A DNA stretch of 40,485 nucleotides, taken from Chloroflexota bacterium (lineage in GTDB: Bacteria > Chloroflexota > Limnocylindria > Limnocylindrales > CSP1-4). The DNA lies in NCBI GenBank assembly GCA_003158495.1, contig PMJT01000242.1, forward strand, positions 2,243-42,727, in the 5' to 3' direction. Numbering within the stretch: the stretch's first letter is position 1; each line of letters starts with the position of its first letter. Made by a program: the position numbers and the translations under genes. The notes under the pieces are model-generated. The model was given only the letters and a program-made list of their open reading frames with translations. It did no database searches and had not been told where the DNA came from. Positions 15,787 to 24,226 of the stretch are shown one piece after another.

Positions 15787-17946
15787 ATGACCAGAGCCAC
15801 CGTTGTGACGGTGACCTATCAGCATGCGGCGTTCATCGAGTACTGCATCGGCAGTGTCTTGGCCCAGACAATGCATGACTGGGAGATGATCCTCGTCGAT
15901 GACGGTTCCACGGACGGGACGGCAGAGATCGCGGAATCCATACACGACCCGAAGATCACCGTCCTCCGTCGAGAGCATCAAGGGATAATGGCACTCGGCA
16001 GCGCATACGCCCTTGCGCTTGAGCACGCCACGAGTCCCTTTATCGCCGTCCTTGAAGGCGATGACGCTTGGCCTCGAACGAAGCTGGAAGATCAGCTGCC
16101 CCTCTTTGACGATCCGGCCGTGGTTCTCTCGTACGGCCCGGCCGGGCTGATGGACCAGTTCGGATGCTTCTACGCTCGGTGCAGCTATTCTGCCCCCGGC
16201 CGGATCGCGAGCAACGAGCCCGTCGGCTCCATACTCCCAGCTCTGGCCGACCTCAACTTCCTCATATCCCCCACCGTGATGGTGCGCCGCCAGGCGCTAG
16301 TGGGCACGGGGGGGTTCCTGCAACCGGAGGGCGTACCGTACCTCGACCACCCGACGTGGCTCCGGCTCGCAACCGCGGGCAAGTTTGCGCGATGTCCCAG
16401 GATCGTAGGCTACCGACGATGCCACCCCGAGCAATGGACGACGACCAGCCTTCTGGAGCCTCCCGTCAATCAAACGGCGTACATTCAAGCGATTACGGAC
16501 CTGGCACGTGGGCGCCTTGCCCCAGACGTGCTGGTGTCTCTGCAACGGACGATCGAGCGCGGACGGGCTCACCAAGTTGAGGCCCAGGCCGTTCGTCAGG
16601 CGCGACTCGCACTCCTGGAGGGCCGGTGGAGCCAGTCAGGCGTGGTGTGGCGCCGCCTCCTTCGAGCGGACCAGCCAGCGGTTCGCGCTCTTGCGGTGTT
16701 AGGGGTGATCGCGGCCATCGTCAGAACGGACGTCGAGTGGCTGTTTCGGATTATGGGACTCCAACCCTGGCCATCCCGTCGGCACCAAGCTACACATCAC
16801 CGCCGAGAACCCTTCGCCAGCGAAGACTGCGGCAAATCCAGTTATGCGAATCCCCCAGGTCGCGTCGATCAGGAAACGCGACGGGGGCTGGAGCCGATGC
16901 CGCTCACAACCACATCTCCGCGAGCCAGCGCCGAGCCTGTGCCCGCAAGACTGCCTCTATCCGTCGTGATACCGGTCCGGAACGCAGAGAGCTTCATCGA
17001 GGATTGCCTGGCCTCGGTGGTGGCTGCCGCCCCCGCGGAGATAATCGTTGTAGACGGCTGCTCGACGGATCGAACTCTCGACATCGTCGCTGGCTATGGG
17101 ATCCGCGTCCTGAGCGATGGTGGCCGAGGGGTCGCGACTGCCAGGATGATGGGCGTCCATGAAGCTCGTTCGGAGTTCATCGCCCTGATCGATGCGGACA
17201 TCGTGCTCCCGGACGGCGCGCTCGCCGCGTTACTGACCGAGTTCCAGAGAGGCGGTTACTCGGCGCTCCAGGCGGGATTACATAGCACGTCCGGGCCAGG
17301 CTACTGGGGTCGTGCATTCGCTCGCCACCACAACACCGGCCGAAGCCGCAACTGGCTGGGTGTCATGGCCACGATATTCCGGCGCGAGACATTGATGGCG
17401 TACCCGCTCGACGCCTCCTTCCTCTCAGGCGAGGACATCGACCTGAGATGGCGCCTCGGCCGGGCCGGCCTCCGCATCGGCGTCTCAACGAAGACGGTCG
17501 TAAGCCACCGCTTTGGCGACACGCTGGAATTCGCACGGGATCAGTGGCGCGCGGATGGGGCCGGGTTAGGGCGTATGGCGCTCACTCACAGCGGCGGCGG
17601 CCTCCTTCTCCTGATGCCCCTGGCCGACGCCGTGCGCGGTGTCACAGTCACGACTCTTAGTCTGGAACCGCATTACGTCCCCTATTACCTCATGCACGCG
17701 GCGTTCAACTATTCGTCCATGATCAGCACCCTGTGGGCCGCCGCGACGGATCGGCGCCAGCGACGAAGGAAGGCGCGATTACGCAGCAGCGACGGTCCAG
17801 TTTCCCCGCGAGCGCCTCGGAAAGTGCTTGGCTGTGCGCCGTTCGAAACCTCGGTCAGTGGCGGGGAGGTTGCATGCCGTTTCGGCGGCAGGGAGCTCGT
17901 CGTCATCCCGCCCAGGGCATCGCTCGAAGCCGCGAGCAAGTGCTAG
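15787..17946 (+). CDS. tandem GT2-GT2 fusion glycosyltransferase (two family-2 domains in one ORF)
   Basis: Domain 1: 'VVTVTYQHAAFIEYCIGSVLAQTMHDWEMILVDDGSTDGTAEIA...VLEGDDAW'. Domain 2: 'LSVVIPVRNAESFIEDCLASVVAAAPAEIIVVDGCSTDRTLDIV...LIDADIVL'. No stop codon separates them. ATG at 15787, with an alternative TTG at 15784. Confidence 0.8.
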   Translation: MTRATVVTVTYQHAAFIEYCIGSVLAQTMHDWEMILVDDGSTDGTAEIAESIHDPKITVLRREHQGIMALGSAYALALEHATSPFIAVLEGDDAWPRTKLEDQLPLFDDPAVVLSYGPAGLMDQFGCFYARCSYSAPGRIASNEPVGSILPALADLNFLISPTVMVRRQALVGTGGFLQPEGVPYLDHPTWLRLATAGKFARCPRIVGYRRCHPEQWTTTSLLEPPVNQTAYIQAITDLARGRLAPDVLVSLQRTIERGRAHQVEAQAVRQARLALLEGRWSQSGVVWRRLLRADQPAVRALAVLGVIAAIVRTDVEWLFRIMGLQPWPSRRHQATHHRREPFASEDCGKSSYANPPGRVDQETRRGLEPMPLTTTSPRASAEPVPARLPLSVVIPVRNAESFIEDCLASVVAAAPAEIIVVDGCSTDRTLDIVAGYGIRVLSDGGRGVATARMMGVHEARSEFIALIDADIVLPDGALAALLTEFQRGGYSALQAGLHSTSGPGYWGRAFARHHNTGRSRNWLGVMATIFRRETLMAYPLDASFLSGEDIDLRWRLGRAGLRIGVSTKTVVSHRFGDTLEFARDQWRADGAGLGRMALTHSGGGLLLLMPLADAVRGVTVTTLSLEPHYVPYYLMHAAFNYSSMISTLWAAATDRRQRRRKARLRSSDGPVSPRAPRKVLGCAPFETSVSGGEVACRFGGRELVVIPPRASLEAASKC

Positions 17947-18007
17947 CTCGTCTCGCCGTAGTCCGGGAAAGCAAGGCTAGGGCAATGGCCGCCCATTTCG
18001 GCCATTA

Positions 18008-18110
18008 CGCGTGAAACGCGCGGCCAAAACCCGTGAAACCGGCGGCCAATTCCGGCGAAATCAGGTGGCGAATTCGCGTGAAACCGGGTTGCGAAAACCC
18101 GTGAAATGCG
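18008..18110. repeat. imperfect duplicated unit containing four phased GTGAAAY motifs
   Basis: Unit A (18008-18042) is CGCGTGAAAC-N8-AAAACCCGTGAAAC. Unit B (18075-18110) is CGCGTGAAAC-N9-AAAACCCGTGAAAT. GTGAAAY starts at 18011, 18033, 18078 and 18101. A 10-bp palindrome, GCGAATTCGC, lies at 18068-18077. Confidence 0.7.
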
Positions 18111-18125
18111 CACTCCAGGTAGCCC

Positions 18126-19289
18126 TCAGACCCAGTCATCGACATCGACGCCGTATCTGCGCTTGAGCTCCTCCCGAACCTGATCCCCATCGGGAGCGAC
18201 CTCCCCTGGCACTACTGCTCTCGCCAAGCGTCGAGCGGCCAGAGCCATAGGGCCCTCCGGGCTACGCAGGAGCTGGCGCTTCACGAATGGGAACCCCCTA
18301 TCGAGGAGCTGTCGCCAGCCGATGATGGTCGGATTCTGGCCCTCTCGGACGACGCTGCCGTAATTGATGGCGACATCCAGCGTGTACCGCTCGCGATGCA
18401 GGAGCCGGCTCAAGCCAATCTCATAGCGCCAGATGACGTCGTCGCGCGACGACTCAACGCGAATGCCCCGCCAGAAACGGGCCAGCGGCGCCTCCCGCAG
18501 CGTCTGGTTCTTGAAACCCAGGCAGTAGCTCTGGAGGTGGTGGCCGAACTGAGTGGTATCCGTAAGGCCCCAGACATCGGCCATGGAATCATGAAATCGC
18601 GCGAGCAGAGCATCGATTGGCTCGAATGGGCCGGCCAGGCTGTCGTTCATGAGAAGCACCTGGTCGGCTCCGGCCACGACTGGATACCGATCCAATGCCG
18701 TGGCCCAGGAGCCAAAGTCGTATCCGGCATTCGGGCGCCGCAGGATCGTGACGCCGGCCGGCTGCGGTTCTGGCCATTCGAGAGGACCTGCTCCCTCCGC
18801 GGTGCTCACGACGACCACCCAGTATTCGTTGGCGCTCAGAACCCGCGTGAGTTCGGCCACAGACCTGCTCACCCGGCTGTCTGGCGCCCAATGAGCGATG
18901 ACTGCGACGCGGGCCGGACTGCTGCAGTCGGCAAGGCGGTCCACGCCCTCGACATGGACTTCTGGTGTCTGGGCGCCCAGAACCAGAGGCTCGCGCCTGG
19001 ACGGCAACCGAAACAGGCGCCTCACGATGGATGCCTCGTTAATGGCGGCACGCACGAGCCTGTCCTTTTGCTGGAGGGTCAAGAGGGCCGCAGCGGCCAG
19101 AGCCAGAGTTGTCATGACCATTCCGGCGACCAGAGCCCCGGCCCTATCGTTGCTGAACCACAGGAACGCCGCCAGCCCGAACGCTCCGAGCGCCGCCAGC
19201 GCCATGACGCCGAACGCCACCAACAAGATCCTCCGTGCTTCGCCCCTACCTCCTAGCGTGTCTGTCGCAGCCATCGCGGGCCGCTCCAT
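18126..19289 (-). CDS. membrane-anchored RgpF-like (rhamnan synthesis protein F family) glycosyltransferase
   Basis: There are two N-terminal TM helices. They are followed by 'VAVIAHWAPDSRVS...', 'NAGYDFGSWATAL', 'LLMNDSLAGPF', 'HHLQSYCLGF' and 'FPFVKRQLL', a pattern typical of the RgpF family. Confidence 0.75.
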   Translation of the reverse strand: MERPAMAATDTLGGRGEARRILLVAFGVMALAALGAFGLAAFLWFSNDRAGALVAGMVMTTLALAAAALLTLQQKDRLVRAAINEASIVRRLFRLPSRREPLVLGAQTPEVHVEGVDRLADCSSPARVAVIAHWAPDSRVSRSVAELTRVLSANEYWVVVVSTAEGAGPLEWPEPQPAGVTILRRPNAGYDFGSWATALDRYPVVAGADQVLLMNDSLAGPFEPIDALLARFHDSMADVWGLTDTTQFGHHLQSYCLGFKNQTLREAPLARFWRGIRVESSRDDVIWRYEIGLSRLLHRERYTLDVAINYGSVVREGQNPTIIGWRQLLDRGFPFVKRQLLRSPEGPMALAARRLARAVVPGEVAPDGDQVREELKRRYGVDVDDWV

Positions 19290-19388
19290 TCTCGCGCTGT
19301 GCTGCGGCGCGCGTCAGGCCGCCGCGTACTGCTAGTTGTCCCTCCGTTCGCAGACTTTGCAGGCCCCATGTCGGCGGCCTCGGCGGCC

Positions 19389-20903
19389 TTAACCTGCCGT
19401 CGGCAGGCCCATCCAGAAGCGCGAGCCGTCGATCGTCACGAGGAGACCGGTCGGCCCGAGGGCCTTCTGCAAAATGCTTCCCCACCAAGGCGCATCGCCG
19501 CTCTGGCGGAGTTGGACAGACTGGAAGTTGGCGCCAAGCACGCAGAAGGCAGGCGCCGACAGACCGGGATCGTTCGGGGCGACTTCGAAGAGACTCCTGG
19601 AGCGTCCATAGATGAGGGAGCCGGGCAGCGCATCGGACTTCAGCCCGGTCCAGGTATGGCCGTCCAGAGATACCCACTCGAGGTCCACGCCGTTGATCTC
19701 TTCGTCGGCTACCAAGGTGTGCTCGTCAAGCTTGCCGACGGTGATGGCCACGCCGTTGTAGCTCGCCGTGGTCCCAATCAGCGCGTCACGTGTCCAGCTC
19801 GTGCCGTCGGGTGAGAACCAGAGCGCGGCCTGGTAGAGGCTGGTGTTCGTCGCACCCCACCCTCCAGCGCAGCCTCCCCCTCCCGTACCACTCGACTGGT
19901 ATCCGGCCTTCTCCATGATGACACCCGGCAAGACGTAGCCACCTGCGAAGGCTTCCGGAACAGAGACGGTGGAGCCCTTGGTCAGGACTGCCGCGGGCAG
20001 GGTGCCCGGGGTCCAGGTGCGGCCGTCGGCGGAAGTAAGCAGGGCAGGTCGGGCGTTCGCCTCGGTGAGAGTAATGAACCCTTTTGAGCTTCCCGAGATG
20101 ATGCCGAAGTTGCCGCCCGGGAACGCGGTCGCCAGATCTACTGCGTTCCAAACGCCGCTCTCGTCGGAGGTCCACATCGCATCGCGAGTGAAGAACGGCA
20201 CGCTTCCGCAGCCAGCCGTCCAGCACTCGACATAGCCGACCATCAGCAACGAGGCCGGGCCTTCCTGGAATTGCGAGACCTGGAATTCACAGTCGGTTGG
20301 GTCATCGTCAATGGTTGATCCCATGTCGGGCGGGTTGGAGTCCCACCTTTTCAAGTCTGCAGTCCAGGCCGAGATATCGAGGGCCGGTCCGGCTAGCCAG
20401 CGTAAGCCGTCCGAAGAACCGTAGGGCAGGAGCGTCCGCTTGTACGGGTCCCACATGAACTCGATGTACCCGCGACTCCAACTCTCCAGGGTGGCGTTGG
20501 AGTCCCCGTTGGGATCGGAGCGAGGCACGACTGGTGAGTTTCCACCCGGGATCGCGATCCACTTGAGGCCCGTCCAGGTCCCAATCGGGACTGGGCCGAG
20601 GCTCGGGAGAGGGCCTTTGGGGAGTGGGGGAGTCGGCGAATCGGTCGGAGTTGCCTCGGGAGTGTCGGTCGCCGACGGGGTGTCGGTCGCGGCTTCTAGC
20701 GCCGGAGTGTCGGTCGCCGACGCACCTGGCGAAATGCTCTCGGCCATGCTGCTGAGCGAACTCGAAGGCGAGGGCTGGGGCGAGGCGACAGCCGCCGGCG
20801 ACGGGCTCAACGACGCCGCCGTGCAGGCCGTGGATACCAACGCAATGACTGCTACCACACCCAGGAAGAAACGGCTCCGGCGCAGCGTGACCGCTCGTTC
20901 CAC
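19389..20903 (-). CDS. lipoprotein with a PST-rich linker and a BNR/Asp-box beta-propeller
   Basis: The signal and lipobox-like sequence is 'FFLGVVAVIALVSTAC'. A Pro/Ser/Thr linker follows. Repeated Asp-box motifs (SxDxGxxW) are present: 'SSDGLRWL', 'TSADGRTWT', 'FSPDGTSWT', 'SLDGHTWT'. Confidence 0.75.
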   Translation of the reverse strand: MERAVTLRRSRFFLGVVAVIALVSTACTAASLSPSPAAVASPQPSPSSSLSSMAESISPGASATDTPALEAATDTPSATDTPEATPTDSPTPPLPKGPLPSLGPVPIGTWTGLKWIAIPGGNSPVVPRSDPNGDSNATLESWSRGYIEFMWDPYKRTLLPYGSSDGLRWLAGPALDISAWTADLKRWDSNPPDMGSTIDDDPTDCEFQVSQFQEGPASLLMVGYVECWTAGCGSVPFFTRDAMWTSDESGVWNAVDLATAFPGGNFGIISGSSKGFITLTEANARPALLTSADGRTWTPGTLPAAVLTKGSTVSVPEAFAGGYVLPGVIMEKAGYQSSGTGGGGCAGGWGATNTSLYQAALWFSPDGTSWTRDALIGTTASYNGVAITVGKLDEHTLVADEEINGVDLEWVSLDGHTWTGLKSDALPGSLIYGRSRSLFEVAPNDPGLSAPAFCVLGANFQSVQLRQSGDAPWWGSILQKALGPTGLLVTIDGSRFWMGLPTAG

Positions 20904-20977
20904 CAGATCCCCGTCTGCTTTGTGCCCCCGTAGGGCAATGGGACGCCGGCCCTCATTACCCAGTGACGGAGTAGTCG

Positions 20978-21373
20978 GTGGAGGGAACGTGCAACTTCAC
21001 CGCCAAGCTGTCGGACGGCGGCACGATCCAGCTGCCACGCGCCGTCACGCTTACCGCGGCCGGCACCAATCTCAACTGGATTGGCGGCAAGACTGAGGAG
21101 TTGGACTTCGCGATTCTGTCTGACTCCGAGTCGGGCCAGATCACGTGGAACCTCACCTGCACGGACCTCGGGGGTGTCGGGTATGGCGCCAGTGCCTCCG
21201 CCTCGGGAACATACGATCTCTCGCTCGCGCCCACGCCTCCGCCCACGAACCCGCCTGCGCCCACGAACCCGCCTGCCCCCACGCCTCCGCCTGCGCCCAC
21301 GCCTCCGCCCACCAACCCGCCAACGGACACGCCTGCGCCTGCCACCGCCACACCTGCGCCGCAGGCAAGCTAG
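20978..21373 (+). CDS. hypothetical small protein ending in a Pro/Thr-rich tail
   Basis: GTG at 20978 follows an in-frame TAG, with GGAG 6 nt upstream. Third-position G+C is high. There is no signal peptide. The C-terminal 45 aa are PT-rich ('PTPPPTNPPAPTNPPAPTPPPAPTPPPTNPPTDTPAP') and are encoded by short tandem DNA repeats. Confidence 0.4.
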   Translation: MEGTCNFTAKLSDGGTIQLPRAVTLTAAGTNLNWIGGKTEELDFAILSDSESGQITWNLTCTDLGGVGYGASASASGTYDLSLAPTPPPTNPPAPTNPPAPTPPPAPTPPPTNPPTDTPAPATATPAPQAS

Positions 21374-21492
21374 ATCGCGAGGGCGATCAAACCTGGCCGC
21401 GCCACCTGTCGAGTCGGGGCTTCGCACCGCCAGGGGCAACGCTAAGCGGCGCACTGCGCAAACCGCCCTACGATGCGCCACACGGGCGGGGT

Positions 21493-22104
21493 ATGTCGTT
21501 CCCGCCCCCTGGGAGAGCCCTCGTGTACATCTACGCTCCGCTCAGCCGTTTTGGCGCGGCCCTGCTCCGAGTGACCGTCGGCGTCATCTTTGTGTGGGCC
21601 GGTCTGGACAAGCTCTTCAACAGTGGCGAGCCCGGGAAATGGACCGCACAGAGCTTCTTGAAGTTCGCGACCAACGGGACGCTTGGCTGGCCGTTCGTGA
21701 TCGGGACGCCCGACCCAAAGACGATCTACAACCCGACCCACGACTTCTGGGTCTCGCTCGCCAACAACGACACGGCGATGACGGTCGTCAATACCCTGGT
21801 CGTGGCCGGGGAGCTGTGCATCGGCATCGCGCTCATCGTGGGCATCGTCACCCGCTTTGCCGGCGCCATGGGCGCCCTCATGATGGCCTTCTTCTTCCTC
21901 GCCGGGTGGAGCTTTTCCAACGGCATAGTCGAAGAGCACGCCACCTACGCGGTCGTCCTGCTGGCACTGGCCGGCATGGGTGCCGGCAACTACTACGGCC
22001 TCGACCGGATGCTCGGCGATCGCTTCCCGGCCTGGTTCCGAAACTGGTTCATGTCGGGCGACCACAACCCGCCGGCGCCGGTTGCGGTGGGCGCGACGAG
22101 CTAG
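21493..22104 (+). CDS. DoxX family membrane protein
   Basis: ATG at 21493 lies in the frame of ORF 21145..22104. 'FGAALLRVTVGVIFVWAGLDKLF' is the typical DoxX N-terminal helix. There are 4 TM segments. Confidence 0.8.
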   Translation: MSFPPPGRALVYIYAPLSRFGAALLRVTVGVIFVWAGLDKLFNSGEPGKWTAQSFLKFATNGTLGWPFVIGTPDPKTIYNPTHDFWVSLANNDTAMTVVNTLVVAGELCIGIALIVGIVTRFAGAMGALMMAFFFLAGWSFSNGIVEEHATYAVVLLALAGMGAGNYYGLDRMLGDRFPAWFRNWFMSGDHNPPAPVAVGATS

Positions 22105-22133
22105 AGAAGACGGGCGGGTTCGAGGTACAAGCC

Positions 22134-22292
22134 ATGACGCTGCGCCGCAGGCTCTTGTGGGTTCTAGCGACGGCGGTCGTAATCTGCGCCATTGCGGCCG
22201 CCGGGCTTGTGGTTCACGTTGGCGCCGTCGAAGGGGCGCCTGCCCAGACCCCGTGGCAGTATCTCGGCCCTGCCACGACCGCAAACCCCTAG
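22134..22292 (+). CDS. possible small single-TM protein, or the signal-anchor exon of a split gene
   Basis: ATG at 22134 begins 'MTLRRRLLWVLATAVVICAIAAAGLVVHVGA...'. The ORF is 52 aa and is in the same frame as ORF 22419..23285. Confidence 0.35.
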   Translation: MTLRRRLLWVLATAVVICAIAAAGLVVHVGAVEGAPAQTPWQYLGPATTANP

Positions 22293-22418
22293 GCGATGCG
22301 ACCAGGAATGGCACCCTGCAGGGCAACAAGACACTGACGTTCGTCATCGGAGATCACCTGGGGGCAACTCAACTATCCATCCGGACTCTCGCCATCCCTC
22401 CGGATCGAGCCGCCTATC

Positions 22419-23285
22419 GTGGCCGCCGGCCCGGCGCTCGCGCTCGACGTCGCCACTCCCTCGGAGCCAATCGTGCTCGGACCGGATCGGCAGGCTGCCG
22501 TTCGCGAGGTGGAGGTGCGGTGGCGGCCCACCGGGAGCAGTCCGTTGCCCACCGCGACGCTGGAGGTCGCGACCTCGCCGTCAACGCGCGGAGGGGTGAA
22601 CGTGCTGGGAGCGGCGTACGACGTGACGGATGTCGCCGGCCCCGTCTCCTCGGCACTGCCGCAGTTCGGCGGGTATGAGGAGGATCCGTTTGCCCATTGC
22701 CGCCCGGGCATCGAATGCGTCCGGCGATTCCTGGTGACCTTCGTGTTGAAGACGGGCGACACGACCACCTACAACTGGCAGCTCATCGTGCATCGGACCG
22801 ACCTGTCGAAGGTCATGCGGGAGACGACGATCCCGGTCGCGCTGGAGATCATCGCCTCGGCCGACCCGATCGGAATGCCGTCCACGCTCCACCTCGAAGG
22901 CGACTTCACCTACACGTCCACGCATGATCTTGCGCCGATCCCTCTGCGGGTCCGGAGCGAAATCACGGCGCCGTCCGAAGGCTCGCGCATCCCGACCAGC
23001 GGCTTCACAGCTCCGATGTGGCCTATTCCCGGCCTGATGCGGTTCTCGGTTGCCTTCGCGAGAGACCCTGGAGACGATGCGTGGGTCTCGGTGGATGTCG
23101 ATCCTGGCGTGGACTGCGCTGGTGCCGTTTCGGGAGGCCCGGGAACCCCGTTGGTTCGGAATGCTTTCGTGTTCTGTGCCCCTGACACGGTGTGCCCGAA
23201 CCTGACCTTCTACGTCACGCCGGCTATCCGCCCAGAGCTGGTCGCATGGCCGGACCGTTTGCCGTCCACTGGAGCCTGGATCTGA
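22419..23285 (+). CDS. hypothetical protein
   Basis: The ORF is 288 aa with a GTG start. The composition is not Arg-rich, so it does not look like shadow sequence. There is no signal peptide and no motif I recognise. Confidence 0.5.
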   Translation: MAAGPALALDVATPSEPIVLGPDRQAAVREVEVRWRPTGSSPLPTATLEVATSPSTRGGVNVLGAAYDVTDVAGPVSSALPQFGGYEEDPFAHCRPGIECVRRFLVTFVLKTGDTTTYNWQLIVHRTDLSKVMRETTIPVALEIIASADPIGMPSTLHLEGDFTYTSTHDLAPIPLRVRSEITAPSEGSRIPTSGFTAPMWPIPGLMRFSVAFARDPGDDAWVSVDVDPGVDCAGAVSGGPGTPLVRNAFVFCAPDTVCPNLTFYVTPAIRPELVAWPDRLPSTGAWI

Positions 23286-23361
23286 GGGTGTACCCGTATC
23301 CCGGCGTCCACGACGTTCTCGAACGGGTGCCTCAGGGGCCGGTCGCACCGCCGTCGACGCC

Positions 23362-23880
23362 CTAGGTTGCTGCCGGAGACGGGCTGACGGCGGCGAATGC
23401 CCGCCGCAGGCCGAGCGCCAGCGGGAGGAGCAGGGCGGGGAGCGCGACGAGATCGCCCGGATCGGCAAGGACGCGCGCGGGCATCGGGGTGCCCAGAGGC
23501 TTTGCAGCAGCGAGCGCCGCTGGAATGCCGGCCAACCACTGCCCGAAGCCGATCGCCGTGCCGAATGCCTCGGCTCCGGGCGCCGCCGTCTTGACCAGCA
23601 CGAACCCGAGGCCGGTCACCACCACCGACGCGACCGCGGATCTCCGGCTGGGCCAGCGCCAACGGTCGGCGAACAGGAGCGCAAGCTCCCAGGCGCCCAG
23701 GAGCAGCAGCGGAAAGAACGCCAGACCAGCGACGTCCGACAGCTTGCCGGTGATTTGCCCGGGGTAGGCGGCTTTGAGGACGTGGTCGTTGAGGACCATG
23801 AGTGTCAGGGCCGCGAGCGCCACTGGGTCGAGGATCGCGTCACCGGCCACCTCGCTCTGCCGAGCTGAGCCAGTAGCCAT
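23362..23880 (-). CDS. polytopic membrane protein, family not assigned
   Basis: The ORF is 172 aa with 4-5 hydrophobic helices and the motif 'LNDHVLKAAYPGQITGKLSDVAGLAFFPLLLL'. I cannot place the family with confidence. Confidence 0.6.
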   Translation of the reverse strand: MATGSARQSEVAGDAILDPVALAALTLMVLNDHVLKAAYPGQITGKLSDVAGLAFFPLLLLGAWELALLFADRWRWPSRRSAVASVVVTGLGFVLVKTAAPGAEAFGTAIGFGQWLAGIPAALAAAKPLGTPMPARVLADPGDLVALPALLLPLALGLRRAFAAVSPSPAAT

Positions 23881-24226
23881 GCGCCTACCTTAGCCGACGT
23901 CGACTACTCGCTCGTGGCGGTCGCGGGCCCCGAAGAGGCGCTCTGGGTGGAGCGCGCTTTGGCCGGAACGGTGTGGCTCGAGCTGCGAAGGGTCTGAAGA
24001 GGCCGATGCGCCGGCTGAAGAATGAGCGTTGCCTTCCGGCCGTAGCCTGGGGGCGGCCGTTAGGCATCAAACATCGCCCGCGGCGGGCAAAGTGCTTGAC
24101 GTATCCGCGGGTTCGGCCTAAACCTCGGCTGACCGTTCCCCCGCCCCAGCCGGGGCGCCACTGGTATTGGGGCGGTCTCCGGCAGGCCCGTCGTCGGGCC
24201 GGGATCTCGTCAGGGGAGGAGACGCG

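Noticed and set aside
21230-21360. Short tandem repeats here, at 20600-20720, 26090-26170, 26398-26440 and 33577-33735, considered as possible CRISPR or other repeat arrays.
   Set aside because: All lie inside ORFs and encode Pro/Thr/Ser linker peptides. The units are 6-18 nt with no spacers, which is not CRISPR-like.
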